A DNA stretch of 64,000 nucleotides from Harriotta raleighana (taxonomy: Eukaryota), in assembly GCA_050575255.1 (NCBI GenBank), contig JBNZDD010013639.1, positions 3,199,224 through 3,263,223 on the forward strand, read 5' to 3'. Both the position numbers and the translations under genes were made by a program. Of this stretch, positions 13,101 through 26,053 are shown one piece after another. The notes beneath the pieces are model-generated. The model made no database searches and was not told where the DNA came from. It worked only from the letters and a program-made list of their open reading frames with translations. Numbering within the stretch: the stretch's first letter is position 1; the number at the start of each line of letters is the position of its first letter.

Positions 13101-15959
13101 ACCTACATTGCTATAGTATTCTGACCCTTGAATGCTGAACCAATAACTTCAAACCTTTCAGTTTCAACAAAGATTTAAAGACATGAAGCCCTAGAAGCCA
13201 AGTTTTGTATGTGAAAGAGTTAAATTGCAATAGGTAATAACCATAGCTTGTTACGAGCAATTATACAACACTATATATTCTCTAAGGCTTATTAAACACA
13301 ATTTTATTTTGCTCATTCTGTATTTCCCTATAGACATTCTAACCAAACAGCAGTTGACTGAGAGAGAAATATACAGTCTTTGGAGGTAATAAAAGAAAAC
13401 AATGAAAGCATGCTAACTCTCATGGTACTCTATTTGAATCCATATAGGACCGTTATTCTTTGGGAGAAATTGTTCTCCTTTACTTCTCTGGAAAAATTGA
13501 ATTTATTTGTTACACAAACACCAAATTTTAAATTTAATTAATTCAAGCTGGAGGACAGAGTGAACAAAAGCATGTCTTCTTCTGATTAGAATATCCAGTG
13601 AGCCTTCCATTATTTACAATCTGACCATGACATGAGGGGCACAGCATGGAGAAATAATAATATTAATGTATCTAGTAAATTACCTATCATTCAATTCAAT
13701 GTGTTTTTTTTAAAAAACAGTTGAACATAAGGGATATGTTCTTAAATATGAAGGTGAGGAAGTGTTACAACAAACTGCACTTACATAGTACCTTTCATGT
13801 TGGGACACACACCAAAGTTACATTCTTAAATATGGAAGCTTAATGAAGGAGATAATAATATAACATCTTTAGACAATTTCTCTAAGAAATCCACTAACCA
13901 ATGATTTACCATCTAAACTGAGATCCACCACATTGCAAAAGATTTACAAAAGATTAAAAATATATATAAAATAGACTTCATTTAAATAAATAAAACACTT
14001 GGTATTTCTACGTTGCAAGAAGGAATTAAATTTTTTAGTGAATGGTTTAAAATATTTTTTAAATGTAATTTTTATTTATTTTCCTCTTTCACTCCTTAAG
14101 GTTCTGACTGACAGCAGGATACAATTATACAGGCAACATCACCCTCCAATACCCCATTCGATTGACTGCAAAGAAGAACAGGCAGACCAATAAATTATTG
14201 AAATCAATATTGAGGCCAGAGGGATGTAAGGTCCTTAACAGATAGATAATGTGCTGTTCCTCGAGCTTGCTTTAGCGTTTTAGTTTATAAAGATTTCCTA
14301 TTGGTGGTTATTCAATTTTTGCTAACTGCCCCTTATTGACCCTTCCTGAATATGAGAATAACAGCAGCAACTTAGATTTATATAGTGCCTTTCATGTGCG
14401 GTAGCATCTCAGATCATTTAACATTGGTGGCACCTGGAGTGAGGAGATGACTGTAAACATGGTAGAAGAGGAAGGTCTTCAGTCATGATCTAAAAGAGAA
14501 GGTGGGAGCAAAGCGGAGGATTTGATGGGAGAAGGATTCAAACCTTTGGGACTTAGTAGATGAAAGCGCGGCAGCCTCTGGGTAGTGGTTGGTGTAGCAC
14601 TTTGAGACATTGATAAGATGTGAAAAATGCTGCATCAAATGCAAGTACTATTATATATAAACATATATGTTTGGACAGATTGCACAGTATGAGCAGTAAC
14701 ACACACCTGTAAATAGGGGAAATATCGTAGCACCGGGAACTTAGTGTCTATTATAGAACCACTCCTGATGGAAGTGATTTGCTAAAATGAAAGCTACAAT
14801 AGTCAACTTGGCATTGCATGATTAACATAATCTTCATTGCCATAAATATGAAATTGGTTTCCACAGGAATTCCACGCTGTAGGAGACTGGAAGACTAAAA
14901 GCATGGCTTGCCACAGCATGGCATTGCAGCAGATGCTACAACACAATCCATCCTAAAAGGAAATTAATCACTGCAGTTGTTCGTTTTCCACATACGAACA
15001 CTTGGGATTAGCATTAGGTACAATGTGCAAATTACAGCCATTTAAAATCATCACTATCATCCAACAAAAGGAAGCTTCTTGTTCAAAGATTCTTTCAATC
15101 GCCTCCTAATTCTTCCTCCCAAGTTATACTTAAGCACCTTTACTAGGCTCTAAACTTTACATTAAAAAATGATAAACAGCAGCTTTGAGCTACGGTTTCT
15201 GACTTCTAATTGTTCATCAGACTTTGTAAAACATGAGATATTATCTAACCCTTCAATTTTATTTGCATTTTTGATATAGCACAGGCACTTTGCTAGCTAC
15301 AAAAGGAAAGGAGCATTGATTGTTATAGCACCTGATTACATTGAAATTTCAAAGCAAAATTACTTGACAAGCAATTAATGTTAAGTGTAATGCATTTGTC
15401 TCCCCGTCCTCCCTTCCCAATGGACGAAGATGGCAGCTATTTGTGATAAAAGCAGCACCAGCCAGGTGCTGTAGATGTATCTTCAATTATTCTGTGAGAT
15501 TATTGGCCCAGGCACTAAAAACATGTACATATATAACACATTCAATATACGAAAATATCTCAGAAAATATTTCAAAGGACTTCACAATGCATTTTACAGG
15601 GAACAGATCTCCTGTGGGCTTAACAGGCGCTGAAAAAAAGATTGTGCACCAGCTCTGTGAGCAGGAAGGAGCAACCAGGGAGAGCGATAGTGTCATAGCC
15701 AGAGGTGCGGAGTGTTAGGATTCAGATTTGTTGATGTTCAGTTGAACAGAATTATGGCTCACCCAGGACTAGATGTCACTGCTATTGCTGTCAAGTCTGC
15801 AATAGTCCAGAAGTTGAGGGTAGAGGCAGAAAGATACAGTTGGTTGGCATCCATATATTTGAGATGCGGAGGTAGAACAGGGAGTAAAGCCAGTGAAAGA
15901 GGACAGTGATCTTCAATGTCAAAGACTGGAGAGCAAACGAGGATGCACTGGGATGCACT

Positions 15960-16160
15960 CCAAAAAAAAAACCACAATAATAAAATTGGTCATTTCAATC
16001 CACGACTGTTTGTGGGACACTGCTGTGCGCAATTGGCTGCCGCGTTCCGCCCACAAATATACAGTCAATTCACTTTACAGTATATTCTGTGAAGTGCTTT
16101 GGGACGTTGATAAGATGTGAAAAGCGCTATATCAAATGCAAGGATTATTATTATTATTAT
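15960..16160 (+). mobile_element. tRNA-derived SINE 3' half
   Basis: Near-consensus core and tail. Confidence 0.85.
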
Positions 16161-16319
16161 CTCTCGGGCATATCTAAACTGACCTCTACGCTAACATAAA
16201 TCTGCTTGTTGTGGTTCATTAACAAGTTCAAAGCAGTATCAAATTCTCTTGCAAATTTGACCACACTATTGAGTGAGAATATGTCTCTAAAGTTGGTTGG
16301 GGTAGATTTTGTAAGGCAT

Positions 16320-16612
16320 TAGGACAAACCCCTTTCTCTTTTTTAACAATCATTGAAATTTTAACTTCCATCTGAAACAAGCAAATAAGACGTTTTTAAC
16401 ATCTTGTTTAACATCTGATTCAGAAGGTTGGGACATCCAGCAAAGGAGCTCTTCCCTAGCAGTGCAATGAAGCAGTTATGCACTCAAATGCTGAGGCCTG
16501 AACCCACTACAACAACAACAACAACAAAACTACATTTACAGAGCGCCTTTCACGGTCGGCAGGACATCCCAACCTTCTGAATCAGAGGTGAGAGTGCTAC
16601 TAAATGAGCCAG
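16320..16612 (-). mobile_element. Older DeuSINE (SacSINE1/AmnSINE-like) with an inserted L2 tail
   Basis: gaacccac..aaccttctgaatcagaggtgagagtgctactaaatgagcca head in reverse orientation. Confidence 0.7.
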
Positions 16613-17589
16613 AAAACATTTAGCCGGAATAAACAAATATAACTCGCATAAAATCAATGGGAGACTTCAGAGAGTTTGACGCTGTAAGCTTTTAAAACGT
16701 ATGTAAAGTTAACTAGTGGCTGATTTACAGACGGCGTCTAGGCAGAACAGCTGTACAGTACAGTAGTCACTACAAAGCCATCTTGTAGTGAATGACCTTC
16801 AACTCCCAATAGCATATATCAATTGGGAAATGAGTAACAAAACAAAATACTGTACATTCTTATGTTGGATTCTTAACTGAACATTAAACCACAAATTTAC
16901 AAGCATTAATGAATATCTAGGAACAGATCTAAATGTGTTTATTATTACTGGTAAGAAATCCTATTTTATGGTTTGTGAGAGAACCATCAATATTATTTAG
17001 GTAACCTTTTAATTCAAAGGAAGTTGTGTCAGTTTAGTTGAAACATTTTTGTTTATTACTGACTGGAATGGTAAAATTATTATTCCCATTAAAACAGTAG
17101 TACTGTAAAACGCCACATCAAAGAAGAAAAATTATTTTTAATGTCTCAATTACAAAACTAAGATAAATTAGTGCACTTCAGTAATATGTTTTATTCTGTT
17201 TAGTATATTGGGGTTTTAAAGCAATGATCAATGCTACCTTTTTTAATTGGAAGAGCTCTTAATTGGCTCATTTAATATGCATATCAATTCATCCAGTTCA
17301 TTAATTTCGGAATAAATGTTCACCAAAGTTAATTAATTTCAGTATAAATGCTCACCAAATTTCAGAAAGCAAAATAACTCCAATGATTTAAATCTTATGG
17401 TGAAAAACCTACTCAGATTAAACACAATTTAATTATATAAAGGAAACATGTTTACGATGTAAATAAACTGTGTTTTCTACAGGAACATACCTGTATGTCA
17501 TGCCAATATCAGCTCCAATTCAAAATTGTCACAGAGCTCGTAATAATATTATAAGCACTCTGCAGGAAGTGCATGTCCTTCATGAAGGG

Positions 17590-18037
17590 CGCTATATAAA
17601 TGCAAGATGTTATAATATCTTGATATATTTTATAGCAACTTTCATGTTGGGAAGTTGTTTCAAAGTGCAGTTAATGACTATGTATTTGTAGAAAACAAGG
17701 CAGCCAAATTGCATCCATTGATTTCCGACAAATATCCTTGAAGTGAATAATCAATTTTAACTGAGGAATTATCAGGCAGAAAACCAGGCGAAACTCGCTT
17801 CAGTGCCATGGGATCTTTAAAGTCCATCTGAACAGGCAGAGGGGACCCTGATTAACATCTCATGTGAAGGATCATAAGATTAATTTAGATGATGGAACCT
17901 CAAACAATGCAGTGCATCCTCAGCACTGAGTTGGGAGTGTCAGCCTATCAGTGTCAACGTGAGTTCAAAGTCTCAACTTCAGCATTTGAACCCACAATCT
18001 TCAGACTCAGAGTTGAGAAGTTCTACCAACTGAGCCA
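17590..18037 (-). mobile_element. Older DeuSINE (SacSINE1/AmnSINE-like)
   Basis: gccatgggatcttt..aacatctcat..gtgtcagcct..gaacccacaatcttcagactcagag..ccaactgagcca, recognised from memory of the family consensus. Confidence 0.72.
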
Positions 18038-18366
18038 GGATAACTTCTGAAGTTAGAGTGACATATAGAGGCTTCCCTACGGAAGATGCAGTTTGCAAAT
18101 CCTGAAGTTTTCCAGCTTCTACCATTAAAGCAATATTACCCCAAAGACTATTTATGAACAGATCTTTTGAAGAATATGCTTTTAATTTTGTATAAACAGG
18201 AGGTATCTTGGATTCATTCATGAAAAACAAAAATAGTTCAACTACAAACTTCCTCCTCATCACTAATCAGCAAAAAAAGTATTACTGTACATTTTACTTA
18301 GTTCTGAAAAGATAAGTACTATTGATAAATTCACTCCAATGGTAGTACAAATTGTAAGACCTAATA

Positions 18367-18996
18367 CAGTCAACCCTTGCTGAATGCAACTTTCTCGAGT
18401 GTGGATTCGCCTATACCCGAAGCAATAAATGCGGCACTTTTTTGCGTAACGCGCGTAGAATTTGCTTATACGGGCTGCCTGGCTCCGCATCCATGCGCAT
18501 TTGGGAGGACGCCGACCCCGTGCGCAATGCACACTTAGGAGGACGCCGCCGGCCCCTCACCAATGCACACTTGGGAGGACGCCGCCAGCTCCCGCCTAAG
18601 TCGATGATTCCTCGGCTTCGGAGCAACCTGATTGCATTGCATGGTAAACAGAAGAGACAGAGAGAGAGAAAGAGTCTCCTAACACTTCCAGATCCAAAGG
18701 TAAATAATTTAGCCAAGCTGTGGTAGTGTAAGGTGCTGTTTTATTGTCTCCAGTGAGTCAGTGAGAGCGAGGAGAGTGATGAGCGGGGAGAGTGGGCCAG
18801 CCGGCTGGAGCCCACCTCAGTACGTACCTTGCATTGTTCGGGTGTGGATGTGCCTGGAGGCTTGAGGTTGGCTAGCCTATGGATGGATTCCCCTAGCCTC
18901 TTTTTTCCCATTACTTATTAAGCTTACTAAATGCGATTTTACCGAGTGCGCTGTTTTCCAGGAACGTAACATCCCATGTTTGGCGAGGGTCTACTG
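18367..18996. mobile_element. Tigger-like non-autonomous element with internal ggaggacgccg tandem units
   Basis: ta-cagtcaacccttgc ... gcgagggtctactg; interior similar to the 25419 element. Confidence 0.75.
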
Positions 18997-19115
18997 TGAT
19001 AATTCCTTCGCAAATGATCATTAATAAAAGTATTTGTGCATAAACATTTAATATAATTCCTGCTTCAATTTCACTGTAACCATACTACTAGTTTTTAACA
19101 TTTGTTGCTACATAC

Positions 19116-19231
19116 CATTATTTTCATCTTTTACAACTTGTTCTTCTGAATTCTCTGTTTTGCTGGGAAGATTCATCTCTGAAGATGAAACCAAAGGTTT
19201 CTTGCTACGCTGTTCAGGTGCAATCCTTGAC
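19116..19231 (-). CDS. STX18: Syntaxin 18 exon 6 (116 bp; SRIAPEQRSKKPLVSSSEMNLPSKTENSEEQVVKDENN, linker)
   Basis: Open frame with polyT-catag acceptor and gtatgt donor. Phase 2/1 joins exons 5 and 7 in frame; weakly similar to the human linker SKLEPE...DSEE. Confidence 0.88.
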
Positions 19232-19589
19232 CTATGAAAAAAAAATCTGTCACAACAGCGCTCAACAACAGAATGGATTATTATATTTCAGCAAAGGTTC
19301 TGGACCCTGATCACGATTCAGACACTTTTGCTGGAACGTGCATGTATGTGGATGCTGAGGATGGATTGAGTAAGACAGTGATGTGCCCCAAGGTCAAATA
19401 ACCTGCTGACATTCATTGGCTGTACTCACATGAAAAACAGCCACTTGTTAATGTATTAAAGGGTGCCTATTAGAACGTCTTCCTGATGAGAAAGGTGCTA
19501 TATAAATGTAATTTTGTGTTATATTGCCTGAGGACTCTTACTGCAGCACGAATCAGCAGAAAATGAGGAATAAGCAAACACACTTGGTA

Positions 19590-19970
19590 ATAATAATTCT
19601 TGCATTTCATTTAGTGATTTATCAAATCGTCAAAATGATTCATAGCGTATCACAAGATTTATTGTAGAGTGCAGTGACTGTATATTTGTAGATTAACACA
19701 GCAATCAATTTGCACACATAAATGTCCCACAAATAGCTATGAAATGAATGACCAATATTATCTGGGGAATTGTTGGCCAGACCGCCGACCTAAAGTGGAT
19801 GGGACCGCAATTTGACATCTCATCAAATGACAACATCTCTTAACAATGTGGTGCACCTCCAGCACTGTACTGAACTATCAGCCTAAGCAGTAAGCTCAAA
19901 GATGCAATGTTGGTCTTGAATACACAACCTTCTGACTCAAGAGACAAAAGTGCCACCAACTGAGCCAAGC
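19590..19970 (-). mobile_element. Older DeuSINE
   Basis: Same motifs as 17590 (gacatctcatc, tcagccta, aaccttctgactca, ccaactgagcca). Confidence 0.7.
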
Positions 19971-21320
19971 TAAAATTTTAAAACTGGCTCCAATGTAGAG
20001 ATGTTTTAGAAAATGCATAAATATACTGCGTTTATTGAAAAATGCTGTATATATTTAGACTATGACAGGAATATTGTGATCCTTGTCTTGCCAAATAAAC
20101 CATGGATTTTAATGTAGTATTTTAAAGCAAGCGTTCAAAGCATCAGCCATTGTAAATGAGTGTTCGGTTCGACACACTATGGAACATTAACTCCGGGAAA
20201 AGGCATTAAATCATGAAGGTTTGTAAAAATGATTTTTTTTCCAGATGGAAACAGTTAAATCAGGATTCACTCCAAAACATTAACATTTTGGCATTGTATA
20301 TATTTCGAAAGACTATTTTGTGGCTACTTATCTGCTATAAAATGGTGCTGCCATCAAACAGAATTGAGTTGCACACACACGGATAACATATCCAAATGCA
20401 ATTTACCCTTGCAGCACCTCTGGGAACCAGCAATATGAAAGTAAGGATTTATTTGGCAATCTGATACAAAGACAGAATCAAGATAGGGAGAGACAGGGTT
20501 GGAGCAAGTAAGAAAGACAGAGAGAGAAAAAATGTCAATGAGAGTAAGAGAGAAGCAGAGAGTAAATGGGTGGAGGGGTGTACTAATGCAGTAACAGGGC
20601 CATTTTTGATTAATTTTGTTCGATGCCCCATTATCTGCACTATTTCCATATCCACAATGGGCCCAGTCCTGATTAATGCATCAAACGAGCACAACAACCA
20701 CAATAAAATACATTGTTTAGTGCCTTTTACGTCGGGAGGATGTCTTAAAGCACTAGTCAGTTAAGGATGTGCACCCGAGCTGGATATTGGCATCAGAAGA
20801 GGACTCCTCCACTCTATACCTACTGTTATGCTATACGAGAGCTCTCTGTTGTACCCACCTTTAAATGTTATAACTATTAGTTGATGCTCGTCTGTTAACT
20901 TCTAGAATTCTGCAATCCCAATATAACTCAATTAGGATCTTACAAACATTTATATGTTATTGCGCCTTGGGATGTCCTCCCAACGTGAAAGGCGCTATAC
21001 AAATGTAATTTTGTATTGTGTATTAATATTGGTAATCATACAGATTATTAAAATTTTCCAAGACTTGGAGGGTTTAAATTTTGTGTTCAATGGGTTTCAT
21101 TTTAGTTCTGATTTCTCTGAATCACTCACTTGGGTGAATCACCAATGGTGGACCAGAACATATCAGGTGGCTAGCATCCGACTTGCAATAAAGTTAAGAG
21201 ATGTTGCCCTCAAAAGTGAGCACCATTAAAGGTAGATTGTACTCTACTATCAAAACGTAGCTTTGAAAACTGATTGCTATTCTTTAATGAGCAAACACTG
21301 AGTCTTGAAACAATACTTAC

Positions 21321-21387
21321 AGCCTTTTCTTATCCACCAATCGCTTGACTCGAATTGCCCTTTGCTCAGAGTACACTTTACACACAC
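21321..21387 (-). CDS. STX18: Syntaxin 18 exon 5 (67 bp; [21 protein letters not shown])
   Basis: Manual translation resembles [22 protein letters not shown]. tggcag acceptor, gtaagt donor; phase 1/2. Confidence 0.96.
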
Positions 21388-21461
21388 CTGCCAAATTACA
21401 AACACAAAATAAATCAAAGGTATTTGTTTCACATACTGCATTTCTTGAGCAAGAACTATAT

Positions 21462-21906
21462 ACCTGCACCAAACTTCGCTCTCCCATTACCCCAGTCCTT
21501 GCCAGACTTCACTGAGAGGATCAATTTCAAGATCCTTACTCTTGTCTTCAAATCCCTCCACTCCTCTGCACCTCCCCACCTCTCTGACCTCCTTTCTCCT
21601 CAAACCAGCACCCGTTGTCTTCGCTCACCAGGACTGGCCTTCTCCATGTCCCCCAAATGCTTTGCTCCACGCTCAGTGGCCGTGCCTTCAGCCACTATGC
21701 CCCGAGGCTCTGGAACATCCTTCCTCATTCCCTTCACCTCAACCCCTCTCTTCCCACTTTCAGGTCCCAGCTGAAGACCTTTCTCTTCGACCGCACCTTT
21801 GGTCACCTTTCTACCCCTGGCTTGGTCCCGGGATCCGCTATTATGAAGCACTCTGAGACACCATCTGGCGTGGAGGGCGCTATATAAATCAAAGTTGTTG
21901 TTGTTG
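21462..21906 (+). mobile_element. L2 3' fragment (family B)
   Basis: ERINFKILTLVFKSLH and AFSHYAPRLWNILP ORF remnants; (ttg)n tail. Confidence 0.9.
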
Positions 21907-22541
21907 TATGTAAATTAGCCATAAATGTGCCTCTGTAATTTTTATTTCTATTTACTGTAATCTCATTCTGCAAAGTCCTCTGGGGCATTTGTTTTATGCT
22001 AAATATAAGCTGATATCTATCGGTCTTTCATTTATTATGAGATCTCATTTGCCAAAATGACTATGCAGTGCATTATTCTGTGAGCTGTCAGGTTAGTGAA
22101 GTCTGCGGGATAATGTAGCTTGATCTCCAAGGTGAAATGTTAGAGTATAGAAGTCTGAAAAATCCCCTGTTGATCTCAGTGGACTGGAAGTGAGTTTGCA
22201 ACAGCTTCTTACAGGATGTATGTAATGAATTCTAAAGCCTTTGTTCCTAGTCGTTTGATCTACCTTGGTAAGCATTAGAATCAGTTTAGCATCCTCTGAT
22301 CAGCATCATTTTTTTTGCTGGTTTTCTAGCTTTCCCTCCCTTCACTCCAAACGCCCTGGATTTGGAGCAGTCATGCTTCTTAGCAGAGTTGCAAGCGATT
22401 AATTAAAGTGCAGAATTATTATCCTCCAGAAACAATTTAATGAGGCCATCTGCATACAGCAAATGCTTGTTACTGCATGGTACACCATGCACCTTTTCCC
22501 ACCCTCTCCCTCTATCAAAACAGAAATTGAAAAAATATTAC

Positions 22542-22619
22542 TTTTCAAGTATGCCTCCAACAAGTACAGAACCCCTTCTCTGTGCTCCTTCACTTGGAGA
22601 GAAATTATATTCTTGATTG
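22542..22619 (-). CDS. STX18: Syntaxin 18 exon 4 (78 bp; AIKNIISLQVKEHREGVLYLLEAYLK)
   Basis: Lies within ORF 22399..22656 and resembles AHKEIHSQQVKEHRTAVLDFIEDYLK. ttttcag acceptor, gtaata donor; phase 1/1. Confidence 0.93.
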
Positions 22620-23632
22620 CTGAAAAAAAAAGATTTTCCACATGAACATTGGCCACTTTTTCTTTAGGCTACATCATAACAACAACAACAAATTATATTT
22701 GTATAGCGCCTTTCACATCGGGAGAACCATTTCCAGGCTAATTACTGTACCTCATTATTGGAAAGTCTAACATTTAACAGGAAATTTAAGATTCACTTAG
22801 CAGTAACCAAGCATTTGTTAGATGCTGCTAAAGCCTTAATCTAATAAATGAATACAGAGGCTCTAAGGCGAAATGCTTTATCTTCTAGAATTATTTTGAC
22901 TAAAATACATTTTTCCTGTGGAACTCATGTACCGGTAGAACACATTATCAATAATCAACAATAACAAGAAGTTTGATTTATATAGCACCCTCCACGCCGG
23001 ACGTCATCTCACCGAGTGCTTGTCTAGTAATCATATCCTATTTTCAGCCTGTTGCACACACATACATAAATATATATATATATAACATTTTAAATGCCTG
23101 TATTGTGATAGACATTCCTGTGGCAGTACAAATTTACACTCTATGGCATAAAGCCAAATTGACTTTCGGTTTTCTTAATGACACCAAACAAAAAATCCTA
23201 ATTCTTGCTTATCAATGAAAGTAGGGGGGATAAAACAGAATAAATGTTTACAAAAGGTTTAACCGAAAACTTTATGAAAGGATTCGAAAAATGGACATCA
23301 ATAGATTGTTTCCACTTGTTGCATTAACAGATCTAAAAACAACAACAAAATTACATTTGTAAAGCGAGTTTCGCCTTGGGACGACATCTCATTCGGAAAA
23401 GAGGGTTTAGCAGGAACGTCCTAAGCAGAGAATGGATTAGACTGTGAAAGTCACTGACAGAAGCTGTGGTTGAAGCAGAAAGCAACATACAGTATTTAAC
23501 AAGAAACTTGATCATAATAATCATTGCATTTGATATAGTGCCTTATCACGTCCTCCTGACATGAAAGGCGCTATACAAATGTAATTTGGTGTAGTTGTTG
23601 TTGTCACAAAAGCACTTCACAGAATATATTGT

Positions 23633-24213
23633 AAACAACAACAACAAATTATATTTGTGTAGTCTTTCACATCAGGGGGCTATGCCAAGATGCTGGACAG
23701 TCAGGGATCCGCATCCAAGATCATGCTTTGGAGCAAGAGGAGTGGGGACGGGGAGGGTACGGGAAGGAGGGTGACCAAAGGTACAGTCGAAGAAGAGAAT
23801 CTTCAGATGGGTCTTGAAGGAAGAGGGGATGAGGCGGAGGAACTGTAGGATGGAGTTTCAGAGGATGAGGGCAGAGAGGCTAAAGGTTTGCCCGCCAATG
23901 GTTGGGTGTGCAAAACGGGGGAACGTGAAGTAGGCTGGGGGTAGGAGGTCAGAGAGGTCTGGAGGAGCAAGGCAGTGGAAGCCTTTGAAGTTGGAGATCA
24001 GGACCTTGAACTGTATCCTCTGAGAGATGGGAAGCCAGTGGAGCCAGGTGAGGATAGGGGTGATAGGGTCTGCAGCCTGTGGAGAGAGAATTTGGGGAGG
24101 TCGACAGCGGGGAATTTGCGCAGATGAGCCTGGATGTGATGAGTGTGTGCATGCATGCATGAGGGTCTCTGCGGCCTGGGGTGAGAGACAGTGGCGGAGA
24201 TGGGCAATGTTGC
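23633..24213 (-). mobile_element. L2 3' fragment inserted in a SINE
   Basis: ORF 23858..24244 LHWLPISQRIQFKVL; (caa)n tail at 23633. Confidence 0.85.
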
Positions 24214-25102
24214 AGTGAATTGACTGTATGATTTTGTGTTGCATAGATGAGCAAGAATAGAGAAACTCTAACCCTCCTCTTCTATATAGTTACAAGAGCA
24301 GATAATTAATGCACAGCAACAGTTCTTATGTCACCTTCTGTCACTACCTCAGGAGCAGTAAGAACCCACTGAGAGATTTCATTGTACCCCAAGTGGCAGA
24401 GACAGAATTGGTGCTGCACTGGATAAGACAGCTTTCTATCTGGCTGATGGAGGAAGAATCCAATGCAAGTGTCCCTGACTGGCTACAAAATAAGAGATGA
24501 ATATTTCAGTGGAATCAAGGGCAGTGAGGGAGTGATAAACAGCTGTGGGTCTTAAAATATATCAACCAACCTCCCCAGCCTCCAAAGGAAACTTCACTGG
24601 ACAGATACTAGACAGGCCTGGAGATAAAGAACGAGGCAAAAGGCTACAGGCCGCTAAGAATATAAATAACAGTAATAGAACACATTTCGGGGAAAACACT
24701 TGTTTCTTTTATCATGCAGCTGAGAACAAGCCAGGCTAATGATTTCAAAGACCTCAGGAATGACAATTTAGGAAATCCAAATATATACAGTCTATTCACT
24801 TTACAGTATATTCTGTGAAGTGCTTTAAGATGTCGATAAGATGTGAAAAGCGCTATATCAAATGCAAGGATTATTATTATTATAAAAGTCAACAGCTGCT
24901 GATGATGGCTTTAAGGTAAAGTGTCAATTGTGTGAGTTGTCAAAATTAGCAATTTATTAGTTCTAATTAAATGGCCCACCGATAACGTTAACCTGCCAAA
25001 TCTTTCAGAAGAATTACTCTGAATATCTAGCAGCTTTGCTGTTATTAATTGCACTGAAGCAAATTGATTTTATTTAACATTTCCTAAAGAATACGACAAA
25101 CC

Positions 25103-25370
25103 AGTTAAAATTAAGTCACAGGAAAACTGGAGGGTGCTGTCGGAGTATGTAGTTATCCAGTTACCCTGAAGCTAAAGCTTTGAAATCCTAGCAAAAAGAG
25201 GAATCACCTGAAATGAGAGGAGAGGGTGAGATAACTCAGGATTTAGGAATGCAATTGAAAACAAGTGATTCTACCTTTTTGTTAGGATTTCAAAGCTTTA
25301 GCTTCAGGGTAACTGGATAACTACATACTCTGCCAGAACCCTCCAGATTTCCTGTGATTTAATTTTAACT
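25103..25370. repeat. Long inverted repeat (~105-bp arms, ~50-bp spacer)
   Basis: 25143-25190 is the exact reverse complement of 25283-25330 (48 bp); the flanks match imperfectly. Confidence 0.95.
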
Positions 25371-25418
25371 ATGGAACAAATTGGTTTGTCGTATATATAC
25401 ACACACAATGAGTATACA

Positions 25419-26053
25419 CAGTTAACCCTCGTCGAATACGACTTTATCGATTGCGAATTCAAGTTTACGCGACAAAACAAAAGCATCACTTTTTTGTGCA
25501 GCGTGCGTAAAACTTGTGTCTACGCACTGGATGGACCCACGCGCATGCGCGTGAGGACGCCGACTGCTCCCGACTAAATCTGATGATTCCTTTGCTGGTT
25601 GGTCCCGCGTGCATGCGCACTTTTGCGCTAATGATTCCTCGGCTAACTGGGCCCGTGCACAATGCATCCTTGGGTAAGTTTTCGATAACAGAAGAGACAG
25701 AGAGAGAGAGAACAGTAATGTAGCCTACCTGTTGTTTTATTGCTTGATTGCTTTCTTTTTATTGCTTGATTGCTTTCTTTTTATTGCTTTACTGCTTTGT
25801 TATCGCTTTATTTCTATAACAAAGCAGTAAAGCAATAAAAAGCTTTACCTTTTAAGTAAACCTGCGGCTTTCTCCTTCCCCTCCCCTGTCCCCGAGTGGC
25901 TCTCTGCTCCCCCACCCCACCCCAGCCTCCGAGCAGCTCTCTGCTCCCCCCCCGCCCCTGAGCGGTTCTCTGCTTCCTCCCTACCCACAAGCGGCTCTCT
26001 TCTCCCCTCCCCCACCATCTTAAGCTTCTCCAGCGATCGATGAGGGTTAACTG
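25419..26053. mobile_element. Tigger-like non-autonomous element
   Basis: TIR cagttaaccctcgtcga ... tcgatgagggttaactg-ta. Confidence 0.82.

Noticed and set aside
17296-17359. 31-bp two-copy tandem repeat; also small tandems at 25735, 32750 and 46305
   Set aside because: Ordinary slippage duplications with no further structure.
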